Source: Veleropilina oligotropha
Lineage: Eukaryota
Direction: 5' to 3'
NCBI GenBank assembly: GCA_048128005.1
Contig: JBEUKZ010000137.1
Coordinates: 124,001-188,000, forward strand
DNA length: 64,000 bases
A program made the translations under genes and the position numbers. Below the pieces are notes generated by a model that ran no database searches, had not been told where the DNA came from, and saw nothing but the letters and a program-made list of their open reading frames with translations. Below, in pieces: positions 1-14,536 of the stretch (the first letter of the stretch is position 1; each line of letters opens with the position of its first letter).

Positions 1-298
1 ATTGCCAATCACAGCTGTGCTGTCATGCCGTTGATCAGATGATACACAACCTATACTGAAAAAGGACTTGGTATTTCATCATATCCCATTGGCCGCTTGT
101 CAGGTCCATTTGACTTCATGTCAATATATCAAATCCATATTGGCAGCACGAAAAGTGGACAAATTTTTATATTCGCCAGAATAACAATCAGTAATTGAAT
201 AATGATCAAATTTCAGAAGACCGTATGGCAATTAACAATGTAATAAAATTTGTTTCATTATATATCTAGTCTTTTATTGCAATCATAGAGAAGTATAA

Positions 299-1181
299 AC
301 AAATTAGTTATCGTCTGGAAACCAAATCTGAGTCAAAATTCTATTTTTAGTCGCAGATCACATGACCTTTGGCGTACCGACCTAAAAAGCAATCCCAAGG
401 GACCTCTCCTCATAAGCAACCCGAGTACCAAATATGAGCATAATCACTCAAAGGAAACAGTAGTTATCGTCTGGAAACCAAATCTGAGTCAAAATTCTAT
501 TTTTAGTCGCAGATCACATGACCTTTGGCGTACCGACCTAAAAAGCAATCCCAAGGGACCTCTCCTCATAAGCAACCCGAGTACCAAATATGAGCATAAT
601 CGCTCAAAGGAAACGGTAGTTATCGTCTGGAAACCAAATCTGAGTCAAAATTCTATTTTTAGTCGCAGATCACATGACCTTTGGCGTACCGCCCTGAAAA
701 GCAATCCCAAGGGACCTCTCCTCATAAGCAACCTGTGTACCAAATATGAGCATAATCGCTCAAAGGAAACGGTAGTTATCATCTGGAAACCAAATCTGAG
801 TCAAAATTCTATATTTAGTCGCAGATCACATGACCTTTGGCGTGCCGCCCTGAAAAGCAATCCCAAGGGACCTCTCCTCATAAGCAACCCGTGTACCAAA
901 TATGAGCATAATCACTCAAAGGAAACGGTAGTTATGGTCTGGAAACCAAATCTGAGTCAAAATTCTATATTTAGTCGCAGATCACATGACCTTTGGCGTG
1001 CCGCCCTGAAAAGCAATCCCAAGGGACCTCTCCTCATAAGCAACCTGTGTACCAAATATGAGCATAATCGCTCAAAGGAAACGGTAGTTATCGTCCGGAA
1101 ACCAAAGTGTGACAGACAGACGGACGGACAGACGGACGATACAAAAACAGTATGTCTCCCCACAGGGATGGGGAGACATAA
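299..1181 (+). mobile_element. Helentron/HINE-like element carrying a 156-bp satellite array (5 units)
   Basis: Near-identical units starting at 307, 463, 619, 775, 931; then a (GACA/GACG)n microsatellite and the terminal hairpin tatgtctcccca-caggga-tggggagacata. Confidence 0.85.
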
Positions 1182-1939
1182 TTACTGGATGCCCTTGGAA
1201 TAGAACTGCTTATATTTGGGGAAGTCATGAATATGAATTAGGTGAATGATATGCTGTCATGCTTTCAGACAACAAGAAATTCCACGGAATTATGTCTCAC
1301 CCATCCCCGCTTCCTTTGAAAAGGGCCACATTTTCAGTTTGTAAAGTACGATTCAGAAGTACAACCTATGCAGTGCTGATCCTAATATAGTTATTGTAGG
1401 ACAGAGAAACAGAAATAAATAAAAAATCTTATTATTATATGCTCGAGATTAAATATATTTAGCAGCCAAACCATGACAAAATAGTATCCCGGACAATAGT
1501 CCAGGTATATAATGACTTGAACCTTGACCAGTTGAGGAGGGTGATATTCAGTTTGTTCTTGTTATGGCAACATATACTGCCGTCACAAGATACCCATGGA
1601 ATAAACCAATGAGGAAGCCAGTTTTCAAAATCAGATTAATTCCAGCTTCTCAGGGTGACCATTAAGCTTAACAGCTTACTGTGCCTGTCGGCAGTGAGCA
1701 AGTATTACAGATAAGCATATGTCCCTTTCATCATACAAACCTAATCCTTACTTAACGATATCTGCTGTAGAATTCTTTTAGATCCTCAATATTTCAAGGC
1801 ATAATGAAACTTTTCAGAATAACTGGTGTTTGTGTTGGCATAGCAAAAATAAATCATGTAACTTGTTCATAATTTTTTTTGGGGGGGGGGGCAGAGGGTG
1901 ACTGGGAAAAAATCAGAAGGATTAATATGTATGTGCCTC

Positions 1940-2280
1940 CCTCAGCTCATACACTTATGAAGCATCTTATTATGGTCTAAGTTTAATTGATCTACTGAAC
2001 ACATATACCTTTTGAGAAACAGAGCTAAACGCAAAAACTTAACACAGATTACTATTTTGACAAAGTCATGGTACATAAAATCTAGGTTATATATCAAGCA
2101 TCCGATGCATTCAGTCAACAACAATGCCCATGAAGCATCTATGGTCTAAGTTATGTTGATCTAGAACATATACGTTTTGAGAAACAGAGCTAAATGCAAA
2201 ACATTAACAATTGTTGACGACGCCGTTGCCGACAGAAAAGCAATACCTATAGTCTCTTTCCCTACGGGCGAGACAAAAAT
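1940..2280 (+). mobile_element. Short degenerate HINE-like element with two repeat units
   Basis: Duplicated atgaagcatc...gagaaacagagctaaa, then gacgacgcc and a gtctc...gagac end. Confidence 0.55.
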
Positions 2281-4708
2281 GGCGGTCTTAATTTAATTTT
2301 TCAAAACGTGTTAAAAACAATTTTTGCAAAAAAAGACATCAGAATAAATTTAAAGCCATAGCTGGCGAAAGTAATGAATGCTGCAACAAGGTAAATTATG
2401 TCAGAACAGGGTTATATTCTGCTTCGCGATATTGACTCCATAATAGAGATTCTTGAAAAGTCGCTCTGCATGATTATACATTATAATTTGGTGACCGTAG
2501 AACATGTTATAAACAACAACGAAGACAGCAGTGCTAGTACCAAGTACATTAACTATGCAATACAATCTGACACCAATCATCATCAGTGGTTCTTGAAATG
2601 ACAGTAGACATATGTTGCCTTTAACAGAAAATATTTTATCTGGTGTCTGGATATCACTCTGGTTATCAACTGATCAGGGTTAAATTTGTCAGCTACAGTA
2701 CTAGCTGTAGTAGCTAATATTTGAAATAAGTTTCAAAGCAAAACAATCATGTATATATAATTTAAGGATAGATATTTTGTATTAATATATAATATAATGA
2801 TAAAGCATATTATATAGACAAACAAAATCATTCAAAACTCAACTTGTATTAAATTTTAAATTCAAAGAAGCATGTCAGGTGAGCTGTGTGGTGGCATTGC
2901 AACCTATTTTTAGCTCCTCTGTTACATAGTCAGTGGAGCTTTTCTTATACCAGGTCAAGTTTTCCAGGCGTCCATCCAGCCTGCGTCAAATTTTGACATC
3001 AAATGCGAATATCTCTAAAACTGTCTGATAACTTTATCTAATTACGCATGAACCTTCATTATGATGTTCTGAACATATTCTGAAATAAATAGAAATTCTA
3101 AGTCTCTGTTTTTCTAAAATTTAGCTTGTAATGTGAATACAGGTCTAAAATCCTCTGATAACTTTTTTCAAATTATTTATGATCATTACTTATGATTTTC
3201 TTATCTTATTTTGCAAATAATAGAAAGATGTACGTCCTGGTTTTGCTGAAATTCCGAATTTGGACATGACCAAACAAACAGCTTTCCTGTGCTTATCGGT
3301 ATGCCACTTATATATGCTGATACCCATGGTAATAAATATAAATTCTGGCCAAATTTATATAGTTGTACGTGTAATAATTGCATGCATCCCTTCTCAGCAG
3401 AACTATATTAGGTCGAAAGGTCTCTTGTTTACTTTTGTGTTATGCCCTCACCAATTTATTGGGGGGGGGGCATTTAGATTTACCCTTGTCCATCCGTCCC
3501 ATTTCGAAAATCAGTATTTGCATGCAAGTAACTCCATTCTTTGCTGCCCTATGGTCAAGGCTGTCAGTGGGGCATTCGTGTCCAATGGACACATTTCTAG
3601 TTTCCATTTTGTGTTATTTTTTTTACTTTTGTGTTTATTATGTCTACCCTACCCTGTTTTTTGTGCCGTCCGTCCATCTGTCTGGCTCGCTTTGGTTTCT
3701 GCCGTTCTCTTTCAGCAATTATGCAGATATTTGATACACAGGTTGCGCAGTGGTGGGGTGGGTAGGGGTATATACCCCCAAGATTTTTAGAAGTGCCCTT
3801 AATTTTGCAAGTGCACTTAGATTTGCACTCAAATTATATACGCGGGATCATAGTTTGTTATAAAATAACGGGTATTACCCATCCAATTTTTTATTGCTGC
3901 CCTAAAGCTGAAAACAGGCGGGTTGAAAGTCACGTGCGTGGCAAGCGGAACTCAAGCGGAAAAACAAAACACACTGGATGCATCTGCCATTAGCAACAAA
4001 TCGTGCACTGACACAAGGGCTTGCATCATATTCTCTGGTTTATGTATTGGATTTATGTTTTCAAACATGACGTTTTCTTAAAATTTGAGCACTTTCAGTA
4101 ATAAATATTACTATATTGTGCCATATTGTCGCCGTTTACATGTTCACTGTATGTGTTGGTGATTTCATTTATCAAATAAACAACTAATATTTAAAATGCT
4201 GTATAACTTTGTAACATTTAAAAGATAATACATCAAGTGACAATGTATGACAGTATGTAAGATTTTGGATTTAAATGAATGGAAATAAATCCCTCGGGTC
4301 GACTCGACCGATAACCATTGTCTTTCCTGGAAGGTAAACCCTCTATCTGGGTTAATAACCCATACTTATAAATACGTCACAAACGGGAATGTCCCCAAGT
4401 GGCAAAAATCGATCCTATCCGCCCGCGGAACGCCCGCCGTCCGCGTTAGTGTGTTTTGCCACTACATATATCATATGTTCCATTTTTACCGCCCGCGTAT
4501 AACTTTCCGTCCACGTGACCGCCTGCATCCTGTCTCAACAGTTCTTAGCTTTAGACAGAGACTCAAAGTATATACGTATCCGACTTCATAGTTTTTATTA
4601 GTGCACCATCTCCAGAATTGTTTTTAATGTCCATTTTAGATCCTATGCCCACCTGTTGCGTATGATTACTTTTCAGGTTGGTAGGTCAAACTGAAAGGTC
4701 ATATACTA

Positions 4709-5435
4709 ACAAGAGGCCTTTCGACCTAATATAGCTCCAATTACTATGGATGCATCAATATAGTCAAACAACTTTAGAAATTTGGGCAGCTGACTTCCCC
4801 AGTAATAGCATACCAATATGCAGGTTAGTTGTTTTGACAAATTCCAAATTTCGAGACATACATTTTTCTAATATTCGCAGGATAAGTTAAGAGGGAGGGA
4901 GGAATGATGCTTAAAAGAATGTCCTATATATTTACACCATCGAGGTTCAAGGCAGGACATGTCCGTGTTATCGCGGGAGGAAACCCCGGTCGCCCGGGTA
5001 AACCCACCGTCTTCGGCCAGTCGCGGACAACTGTGATTCATAACTTGAACAAATGTCAATGCCTCAGCCAGGTATTGAACCCACCACTGTTCGCATTAGC
5101 GGAATCAAGCCAGTGAATTTAGAGTGGACACTCTTACTCACTGCGCTGCAGAAGCGGCCGATATGTTAAGAACATCATAAGCAATGGTTATGCCAAATTA
5201 TAAAAAGGTTATCAGACAGTATCGGATAAGTCCAAAAGGTAAATTTAAGAAAAAACGAGACAGATGTTTCTAAATGTGTTAAGAACATAATAAGGATTCG
5301 GCTCATGCCATATATGAAAAACAATTATCAGGCAGTTTCGGAGATATTCACATTTCAAGTCAAAAGTTAATGCCGGATGGTCTGACATACGCCGGAAAAA
5401 GCGTATCATGATCAGTCAAGCTCCGCCGACTAAAA
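4709..5435 (+). mobile_element. HINE-like family (aacaagaggcc...agctcc) interrupted by a SINE; reverse copies at about 2905-3430 and 17390-18152
   Basis: Ends shared between the three loci: aggcctcttgtt and ctccgctgtgacatagtcagcggag-type palindrome. Confidence 0.6.
4885..5160 (-). mobile_element. tRNA-derived SINE with V-domain-like core; relatives at 17165-17330(+), 24905-25155(+), 38660-38930(-), 40351-40505(-), 54546-54725(-)
   Basis: Minus strand has A-box-like cagcgcagtgag, B-box ggttcaatacc, core ggtgggtttacccgggcgaccggggtttcctccc and a shared tail aggacattaagcatcgatcctttc. Confidence 0.8.
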
Positions 5436-7699
5436 ATAGAATTTTAGTTCCAATTAGGTTTCTGGAGAAAAACTACGCATCTTATTGGGTGCTCATATTT
5501 GGCACAATATTAGCTTGCTTGCTCAAATGTCACGTGACCTGTTATTAAATATAGAATTTTCCAGAATTTTGATTGCGATTTGCTTTTCGGACAATAACTG
5601 CCATTGATATTTGTGATCATGCTCATATTTAGCAGGCAGGTGACCTATGAGGAAAGGATGCTTGAGATTGTACTTGAGGTCGCATGGCCTGTTTCTAAAA
5701 ATATTTTTTGTATGTGCCGGCCAAAGGCAAGGTGTATTATGATATGGCTGTGTCCGTCCGCGTCCATTGTTTCTCCACCATATATCAAAGAATATATCAT
5801 CTTTAAATATGAACCTTGCTGAGTGGACTAATAATCCTGTCATTCGATTTTTCACTGACTTCTGGCCCTTGTTCAAAAACAAAACAATATTTGGTTTCCA
5901 CATGATAAATAAACAAATATATATATAGTCTTTTACAATGAAACTAATGTTGGATGCTTTACTCATGTGACAAGGAGAAGCCTGTTCATTTTCAACCCTG
6001 TCACTCGATTTGTCGCTGACTTCTGGCCCTTGTTTGAAAACAAGAGAAAATTTGTTTCTGCATGATAACTAAAAATAAACAAATTATTTTCCAATGAATC
6101 TTTCCAGAAGGTTTAATAATGTGGCAAGGAAGAAGCCTATTCATTTTCAACAATTTCGATCGATTTGTCCCTGATATGACTTCTGGCCCATTCTAAAAAC
6201 AAAATGTTTTCATTTCTGCATGATAACTAAGCCAATATAAATTATGAAACTTTCCCGATGGCTTAACGATGTAGAAAGAAAGAAGTCTATTTGTTTTTAT
6301 CCTTGTCACTGTGTCCTGGCTCTTATTCGAAAACAAAGAAATTTCATTTTCGCACGATAACTATGCAATTATAAATTATTTTTCCATAAAACTTACTGAA
6401 TGGGTTAATAATATGTGACAAAGAAGAAGCCTATTCATATTACATGATATCTTGTAATTAACTATTTTCACCATCACTGAGAATTCCAGACAACAATAAT
6501 CATATACATGCACTAATATGCTGGCTGAATTTCAGACATATTTCGCATATATACCCTATGTGATATCAACAGTTTCCAATGAATAATTTATGGAAAATTA
6601 TATATTTTTATGATGGGATACTTTGTAAGTCTATTTAGATGAAACATTTTACTGACTAATTAATTACAGATGAGATGAGGTAGATACATATATTTTTGTT
6701 AGTTAGCCACTTAATTATTTTAAGTAATTATTTTATGAAAATAAATTAAATGAAACATTGAATAACCTAACAGTAACTTTCATAATAAAATATATTTCAT
6801 TATTATTATTAGTTGCAACTTGCATTAAAAATACAGATATGAAATGTCACTCACTTAGGTTCGGAATAACGTAAAAATAAAAGAATCACATTGCTTTACA
6901 TAGTGATGTGACGTCAAATGCATTAGTTACATGATGTATTTATACATTGATTCGCTTAAACTATTTCAACTTCCCTTAAAGATTCATGACTAATATTACC
7001 ATAATCTTTCAATTCAATTTATTAAGAAACTTGTTGTGGCATATAATAATCAGCAATTATGTGAATTCTGGCACGTTGGAAACCTATCATGAGTTCGGAA
7101 TATAATTTACTCACTCGACGTTCCCGACGTGCCAGAATACACACAATAATGATAACATGATTGTATCGTTTACGCTACTCCTGTTCTGAATTTTGATGCG
7201 TTTTGCCTTCCAGACAATAATTACCATTTGCGATCATGGTCATATTTAGCAGGCAGGTTGCCTATGAGGAAATGATGCTTAAAGCTTGGGATTGCATTTA
7301 ATTTGCCTTCTATCGGTCCAATGTCACATGACTTGTTGCTAAAAATACAATTTCAACCATAGGAGAATTTCATGTTATTTTGGGAAATAACAACATCTAG
7401 TTTTTGGCTGCATGCAATGCAAATGCAAGTCATATGTAATGAGCATGTCGTTTGACCATTAGTCTGTCTGCTGACCCGGTTCTCCTGTTAAAGGTTCTCA
7501 ATCATGCTAAATATAAGCAACAATATGCATGTTTTACCACATGCTAGATATCACTACAGTATTTCATTGTTACCTGACATTAAATAAATCAGTATCACTG
7601 GTCATGTATGTTCAGCTGTGTCTTCTCATTTGTCTTTACTAAACATAATTAAAAAACATCTTTAAATCGATGCAAGAAAGTTATATATATTATTATTTG

Positions 7700-7795
7700 A
7701 GAGTAGGCGGATCATGTTCCCATTACAATATTGAAAGGATCAGAAAACTACAAAAGCGTGCCGCCAGAATTACTTTAAATTCAGAAAAAATGACT
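7700..7795 (+). mobile_element. Short LINE RT C-terminal fragment
   Basis: Translates as GSCSHYNIERIRKLQKRAARITLNS, the LQKRAARI motif of CR1/L2-group RTs. Confidence 0.55.
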
Positions 7796-8648
7796 TCCGA
7801 AATGCAAGCTTTAATAAAACAGAATTTGGGGATTTGTCTACATCAAAGGAAACATGGATTTGAAATCTCCCTCCAATGCTGTCAAGATAGGATTAATGAC
7901 CTTCATGTCCAGTCAGAGCAGATATTGCATGCACAAACCATTTTCTGACCAGAGCAAGGAATATCAAGTTACCCATGATGGTTGTATGGCATTTCAAGTT
8001 ACCAAAGTGAGATCTTAGGCTATTTCCCTATGGACATCATTACACAACTACTGATCACATCCTTACAGTTTGATTAATTGAATTCTTCATTGAACCAATA
8101 GAAGAGTTGGGTCACTAGGACCTGTTTGCTACAACAATGACCAGCATACACATGTGATTCACAGCACCCCAATGTGGTAGATTTTAAGGATTTAATTCAC
8201 AAATTATCCATTTTTACATAAAACTTGAATATTAACCCAACAGACCATAGTTAATTTGTTATTTGGATATATTTGAATATATAGACGTAAAATTTGAAGA
8301 CACAGATGGACAAATTAACCGCGACAATAATAATTATTCAATTCAAGAAACTGCATATTACTTGGCAAAGAAAATGAAATTGAATGCATTCTATTATTGA
8401 CAGGGAGTCCATTGTTAATCGCTAAATAAACTGACTTGGCAATTCATAAAGAAATGTTTTCTTATGCATTTATCTTCCATTACTTCCATCCGTACACAAT
8501 TTGGTCAAAGTTTCTAATTGAGTGTACATAGCTTGGCTATATTGAGACTTAAAATTTAGCATTTACCTGCTTTTATATGGGTTATATGGATGACACCTGG
8601 TACTCTGGAAGTGATATTGTATAAAATTTAATATATTTATTGCATTAA

Positions 8649-8897
8649 CTAGCTATTGGTACCCGTCTTCGCCGGGCAAGTCCCCCCACCCCCAATTTTT
8701 TTTTTTTTTTTTTTGGATAGTGCTCCCTTAAATATTTTTTTTTGTTTCCCGAATTTTCCGAATTTTTTTCGTGGTAAACCTTCCTTGGGGGACCCCGATT
8801 AACCCCCCAAAGTTTGAAGGTCCTAGGTCAAGGCGTCTGGGAGGAGTTCAACTTGAAACACACACACATACAATTATAGCTCCATTATATTAAGATG
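8649..8897 (+). mobile_element. Young DINE/HINE-like element; nearly identical copy, with internal duplication, at 60009-60440
   Basis: actagc...ggtacccgtcttcgccggg start, polyT, (CA)n and ctccattatattaagat end at both loci. Confidence 0.85.
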
Positions 8898-9389
8898 TAG
8901 ATGTTTCTAAACAAAGAAATTTTGGTTAATGTTTTGGTTCAAATTTATCATTGAGTGTATATGGGTTGGTCAAACACCATTTTGGGATATATGCTTTGGT
9001 ATTGATAATATGAATGTCAACTGATGCTGGCTGGCAGTGATATTGAATTAAATTTAATATTATAATTATTGCATAAAAGTAGGTGTTTTGGACAAAACTT
9101 CTGTTTAAAGATTTTCAATGGGCTCATATCGGTTGTTCTAGGAACTGTTTTGCATCCATATACTTGAGCATAATGTCTGCATTGGTGCTGCCCAATCTCC
9201 TCTGCAAGTGATTTATAATAAATGACCTGTGAAATTAGCGTTTGTGAACATGGCAATTTTGGTTAATGTGACGTATGAAACTCATTGAGTGAATTTGAGT
9301 TGCTCCATGCAAATTTTTACATATTCTTTGGTAATGCTTATATTGACACCATCTTTTTCTCTAGCAATGATATTGAATATAATGTCATA

Positions 9390-9990
9390 TATAATAATAT
9401 AATAATATATATAAATTTATATAGCGCCAATATCCAGATTGAATTTGCTCAAAGGCGCTTTGGCAAGAGTCTGGGAGTTTATGATATGTATACTGATTGG
9501 AACAAGTATGTTTTTAACAGTCTCTTGAATTCATTAAGGTCTTTGGCACTCTTGATGTGGATGGGAATGCTGTTCCAAAGCGTCGGACCGGCCTTTGCAA
9601 AACACCGGTCGCCGAACGTTTTAGTTCTGGTTTGAGGAACAAACAGTAGCTGATTGTCACTAGATCTGAGTGGTCTCGCTGGTTGATGACGCTTTATCAA
9701 CTCGCTGATGTAGTGTGGACCGATGCTATTCAGTGCTTTGTATACCAGCACTAAGATCTTGAAGTCGATGCGTTTCGCAATCGGCAGCCAATGAAGTTGC
9801 ATAAGCACAGGTGTGATATGCTCCTGCCTTCCAGTACCAGTGACCACTCTGGCAGCCACATTTTGCACACGTTGGAGCCTTTCAATTTGGTTATTAGGTA
9901 ACCCGTACAGAAGAGCATTGCAATAGTCCAAGCGTGATATTACGAATGCCTGAACGAGCGATGCAGCCACACGAGAATTGGTGTACTTCC
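9390..9990 (-). mobile_element. 5'-truncated L2/CR1-group LINE, 3' end (RT C-terminus plus tail), inserted in a HINE-like element
   Basis: ORF 9479-10051 contains SRLDYCNALL, LQRVQNVAARVV, HITPVLMQLHWLP, FGDRCF, FKRLLKTYLF; followed by a ggcgctatataaat + (TTA)-like tail. Confidence 0.9.
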
Positions 9991-10954
9991 TAATCAATAT
10001 ATATATAATATATATAAATAAAGCATGATCTTGGTGCTTTTGGACATACAAATTTGGTTAAAGTTTACATCAGAGAGATTGCATGAAGCAGGGCTCTTGT
10101 TCTAATGGCTATTAAAACGATTCTATTGCTTAAATGTAGGTGTTTTGAACATAGAAATGTTAGTTAAAGTTTCCGGTTAAAGTTTTTCAGTGAGGATATA
10201 TGGGTTGCTAAAACAACAGTTTAATTAGTGTATAATTTATATGCTTTGGTATTGATAATATAAATGTCAACTGATACTATGAACGTGACTTTGAATTAAA
10301 TTTAATATGATTATTTAATATATAATTATTGCATAAAAATAGGTTTTGTGGACATTTTGGTTAAAGTTCTGTGTAAAATGTTTTAATGGGCTCATATGTG
10401 TTGTTCAACTTGCATACATATACTTTGGTGATGCTACATTGATACCGCCATTTACTCTAGCAATGATATTGAATATAATTTTGTATAAATAATGAATGAA
10501 CTTAGTGTGTTTGAACATAGAAATTCTGGTTAAAGTTTATATCAGAGAGATTGCATGTGGAAAACAAAGGCAACAGGGTCTTGTCTATTCTGCTATCATT
10601 GCCCATCTGCTGATTACTGAACCCTGTCCTGTTAATTAACTTCAGAAGATCCCAGCACATAAACCACACAATGGCTGGTTGAACAAGCAATTAAGTACTC
10701 AAAGTAATGAGTATTTAATGGAATATGTTACATAAGAGATTTAAACCATTATCACACAAAGTCTCTGTGATCTGTAGTAAGACACATGTCCGCAATTAAA
10801 TACTTTGTGTCCATTCAAGACCATTGCTGCCATTAAACTCATTATTGCACATTGCCCTGCATTGCTTTAATTACTTACATATATATGTGGATGTTATAAA
10901 CAGTTTTGATGATTGAAACTTGAAGAACATACATTGTTTGCTGTTTTATAATAA

Positions 10955-12020
10955 ACTAGATAACAAGTGATGGGGTGCCATCACAGTGGGCCCCACTCCA
11001 CCAATATAACTCGATAAACATTCACATGTGAGCAATAATTGTTATATATGCAAAAATAGAAGATAAATTTACATTGACCATTTGATGAAGCTTATGCTGT
11101 TGATACTCCAAAATCATTATGCATGGATATTTCCAACATAAAACCTATACATGATGATATTGTGTCACAAACTGTTACCTCTCTCACCTTGATGTACCTG
11201 TAGTCAGAGACAGACATAAACTAAACATTAAATCATATGAAAATATGAACTATTTAATACCAAATGTAAGTTTTAACCAAACACCTTAACCAAGATATTT
11301 TATGCAAAATTCCCTCCAATATCCATTAAACATGTCAAATTCCTTTCAATAATACCACTACAGCATGTAGGAACATTCCCTTGTTCATTTATTAGCATGC
11401 ATATAGAGCTAAGTTTGTTAACAGAAGCGTTAACCTGAACCTTAACCAAATATGCAACGGAGCAGACGCTTTAACCTGGCACATTAACCAAGTCATTTTC
11501 TATTAAATATTCTGAAAAAAACAAAAATTTACAAATATCTTTAATGAAATTGCATCTACTAGACTGATATCCAAGCATTTAACTTTGTCAAAACATCAAA
11601 TCTGGCATCAAAACCTGGAAAAATGCTTCAAGTAGAAGCTTTAACCTGGTACCTTAACCCTAAAATTTTCAAGTAAATTCCTTCAATATCAACACGACAG
11701 TTTCAGGAAGGATTCATAATAATGATCTTCAAACAAACCTTTGACAAAAAAGTGTCTTTATCAAACAAAGCATATGAAAATATGAACTATTAGCACCAAA
11801 TGGAAGCTTTAACCAAACACCTTAACCAAGACTTTTAGAGCTTATTTCCTTCAATGTCCATTAAACATGTCAAATTCCTTAAACTAATGCCACTACAGCG
11901 TGTAGGCACATTCTCATGTTCATTTATTGCCATACATTCAGGGCAAAGTGTGGTAACAGAAGCGTTAACCTGAACCTTAACGGACGGACGGAACGATGGA
12001 AAAGGTGATATAGGGCCGCC
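10955..12020 (+). mobile_element. HINE-like element with duplicated internal block
   Basis: aactagataacaagtgatgggg start, block at about 11235-11450 repeated at about 11770-11980, gacggacgg...tatagggcc end. Confidence 0.6.
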
Positions 12021-12574
12021 TTATTTATTTGGTTTGCTTTGAATTTATTTCAAATATTAGCTGATAATTTGAACCCTGACCAGTTGAACAGAGTGATATT
12101 GGACACTGTATACAGTCTGCTCTTGTATAATGACAACAAATACTGCCATTTCAAGAAACCATTGAAATGAACCAATGGGAAGCCAGATTTCAAAATCAGT
12201 TTAATTCCGATTTTGATAATTCCATCTTCACAGAGTGACCATTAAGCTTAACAGCTTACTATGCCTATTGGCAGTGAGCAAGTCTTACAGATAAGCACAT
12301 GTCCCTTTCATCATACACACATAATATTTAGATGAACAAACAAAAGAAATTTACTAATTCTTATATTTGCGTAGCTACTTGATCAACATCTGCAAACAAA
12401 AAATTGAATGATACAGTATCATTGAAAATGAACAGCCTTCTTCCTTGTCATAAGATTCACCTACCAAGCAACTTTCATATTTAAAGATACTTAGTGCTAT
12501 ATTTCTTGAGTTATAGTGCAGAAACAAAGATTTATTATAATACTTTATTACACTTTGTCAACATTTTGGCACAT

Positions 12575-12830
12575 GAAACTTTAACCTGGGAACTTAATGA
12601 GAAGATTGGGCAAACGAAACTTTAACCTGGGACCTTAATGTGAAGATTGGACAAACAAAACTTTAACCTGGGACCTTAATGTGAAGATTGGGCAAACAAA
12701 ACTTTAACCTGGGATCTTAATGTGAAGATTGGACAAACAAAACTTTAACCTGGGACCTTAATGAGAAGACTGGGCAAACAAAACTTTAACCTGGGACCTT
12801 AATGTGAAGATTGAGCAAATTAAACATTAA
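12575..12830 (+). repeat. 41-bp minisatellite x6 within a HINE-like element ending at about 13300
   Basis: ctttaacctggg at 12579, 12620, 12661, 12702, 12743, 12784. Confidence 0.85.
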
Positions 12831-14536
12831 TCTTGGACCTTCACTGACCATGGGATACAGTTTACTCGTGATCGGCATAATATCATGATCAAAGAACCTG
12901 TTGGATATTCCGAACAGGGAAGCTATATACAAGTATAAAGCCTCACAAACTGTCACCTTAAGTCTCACTGCTTACTGTGCCTGTAGTATACACTACAAGC
13001 CTAGAGCAAGGTTGACAAAGAGACAAGTGGTCGAAATTCAATAAAGTTATATTTCCTTTTAAAATAATAATTAAATAAAATATGAAAATCACAATAACAT
13101 TAAAATCTCTTTAAAAGTCAAAAGTGTCTTGTCCTTAACCTTAAGATTGAGCAAATGAACATGTAACATGGAACCTTAACCTGAAGATTGGGCAAAAGAA
13201 ACTTTAACCTGGGACCTCAATGCTGGGACGCACGGAAGGACGGAAAGACGGAAGGATGGAAAAGGTGATCACTATAGGCCTCCCTGCGGGGCCCTAATAA
13301 TCGCTGCTAAAATTGCTGCTCGCGAGTGAAATATTAGCATTGAAAGGTGACGATTTAGGTGGAAATCCCTAAGTATCCCCAACAGCCTTGTCGTCCCAAT
13401 TTGTTCCATCAGACTTTTCAGCTAAACATGCAATGGTTTAGTTAAATATGAAAATTGTATTTATCTAAGTTGTACCGGTATCCAATATGTGACATTATCT
13501 TAAAATAGTAAATCAGTGATAATTTTGCTTCTCAACTTTCTACAATGCCAAAATTAACTTTGGCAGTGCCCAACTTGACGAAATTTCTTGCGACGCAGTG
13601 TCCGTCACTCAGATTAAAAAGGTGTCCGGTAATATTATTTTTTACTTTTAATTTGTAGGCCCTCCTGGGACCAAGTCGACAGATTTTTTGGAAAAATAGC
13701 AAAGTTTCTAGCTTTGACTACCTTGTAAATATTTTCGCTACTTACGGATAATGCTGTTTTAATTCTAGTACAGTTTTTATATGAGAACAGTCGATTTATC
13801 AGCAAAAACAATTTATTTCACAAAAATAGTAAAGCAATTTTTTAAAATTATTTTATCCCATATAAAAGCATGTTTACCATTATAGTATTCCTTTTATCAT
13901 TGTTAACATGTGAAATAAAGGTCATGGTTAAATTTATGCCCACACCAAATTATTGGACGGTCCCATCCTGTTTGTCCTGTCCCGAAAACCAGTATTTGTG
14001 TGCAAGTAACTTCATTTTGATGTCGGAAGACAATATATCTTGCTTTTTGAAATTTTCAACAGATTTACATTTTCTCCAATCACAGTCCGTAAAAATTCAG
14101 GTCACTTTCACAACTTGTCCATCCGATGTTTCAAGTAACGCCCACTTCTGTAATGCAATTTGGTCAATTTATAGGCAGTATCTGTTATGCAATTTAGTAA
14201 CAACTCTGACACTGTGTCATATTCAAATATAATTGTTTAAAAAATACACGTACCTTAAATTGCAATCGGGCAAATTACTGCTTTGGTAAAGAAGCGGTAT
14301 ATGGCTATTGCCACGGTATTGCGACTATACATTTGCTGCACACGTTGCTGATTTATTTCTGTTGAAAATATCTAAAACTCAATAAATTATGTGAATAGTA
14401 TGCCTGATTATAATTAATCGTGAAATATATGTCAAATATTTCACAAGTATATCGAACTTCAAAGAATGTCCATACTGGCTTCCTGATCTGTTGTGATTGG
14501 CTAGACAAAAATAGCCAGGTGCGAGGTCGATAATAA

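Larger units (their letters stand above)
8440..10560 (-). mobile_element. Reverse, fragmented copies of the family at 23968-24803 and 48575-49379
   Basis: Reverse-complement matches (ttggttaaagttt, gcataaaa.taggt, ctagcaatgatattgaatat); hosts the 8649 element and the L2 fragment. Confidence 0.65.

Noticed and set aside
1640..1740. C/D-box snoRNA on the minus strand (ATGATGA...CTGA)
   Set aside because: The nearest D box is CTGT in the duplicate at about 12230, the terminal stem is weak and no guide target was recognised
5060..5160. tRNA gene
   Set aside because: A/B boxes belong to a SINE head; no cloverleaf, and it is joined to a repeated body
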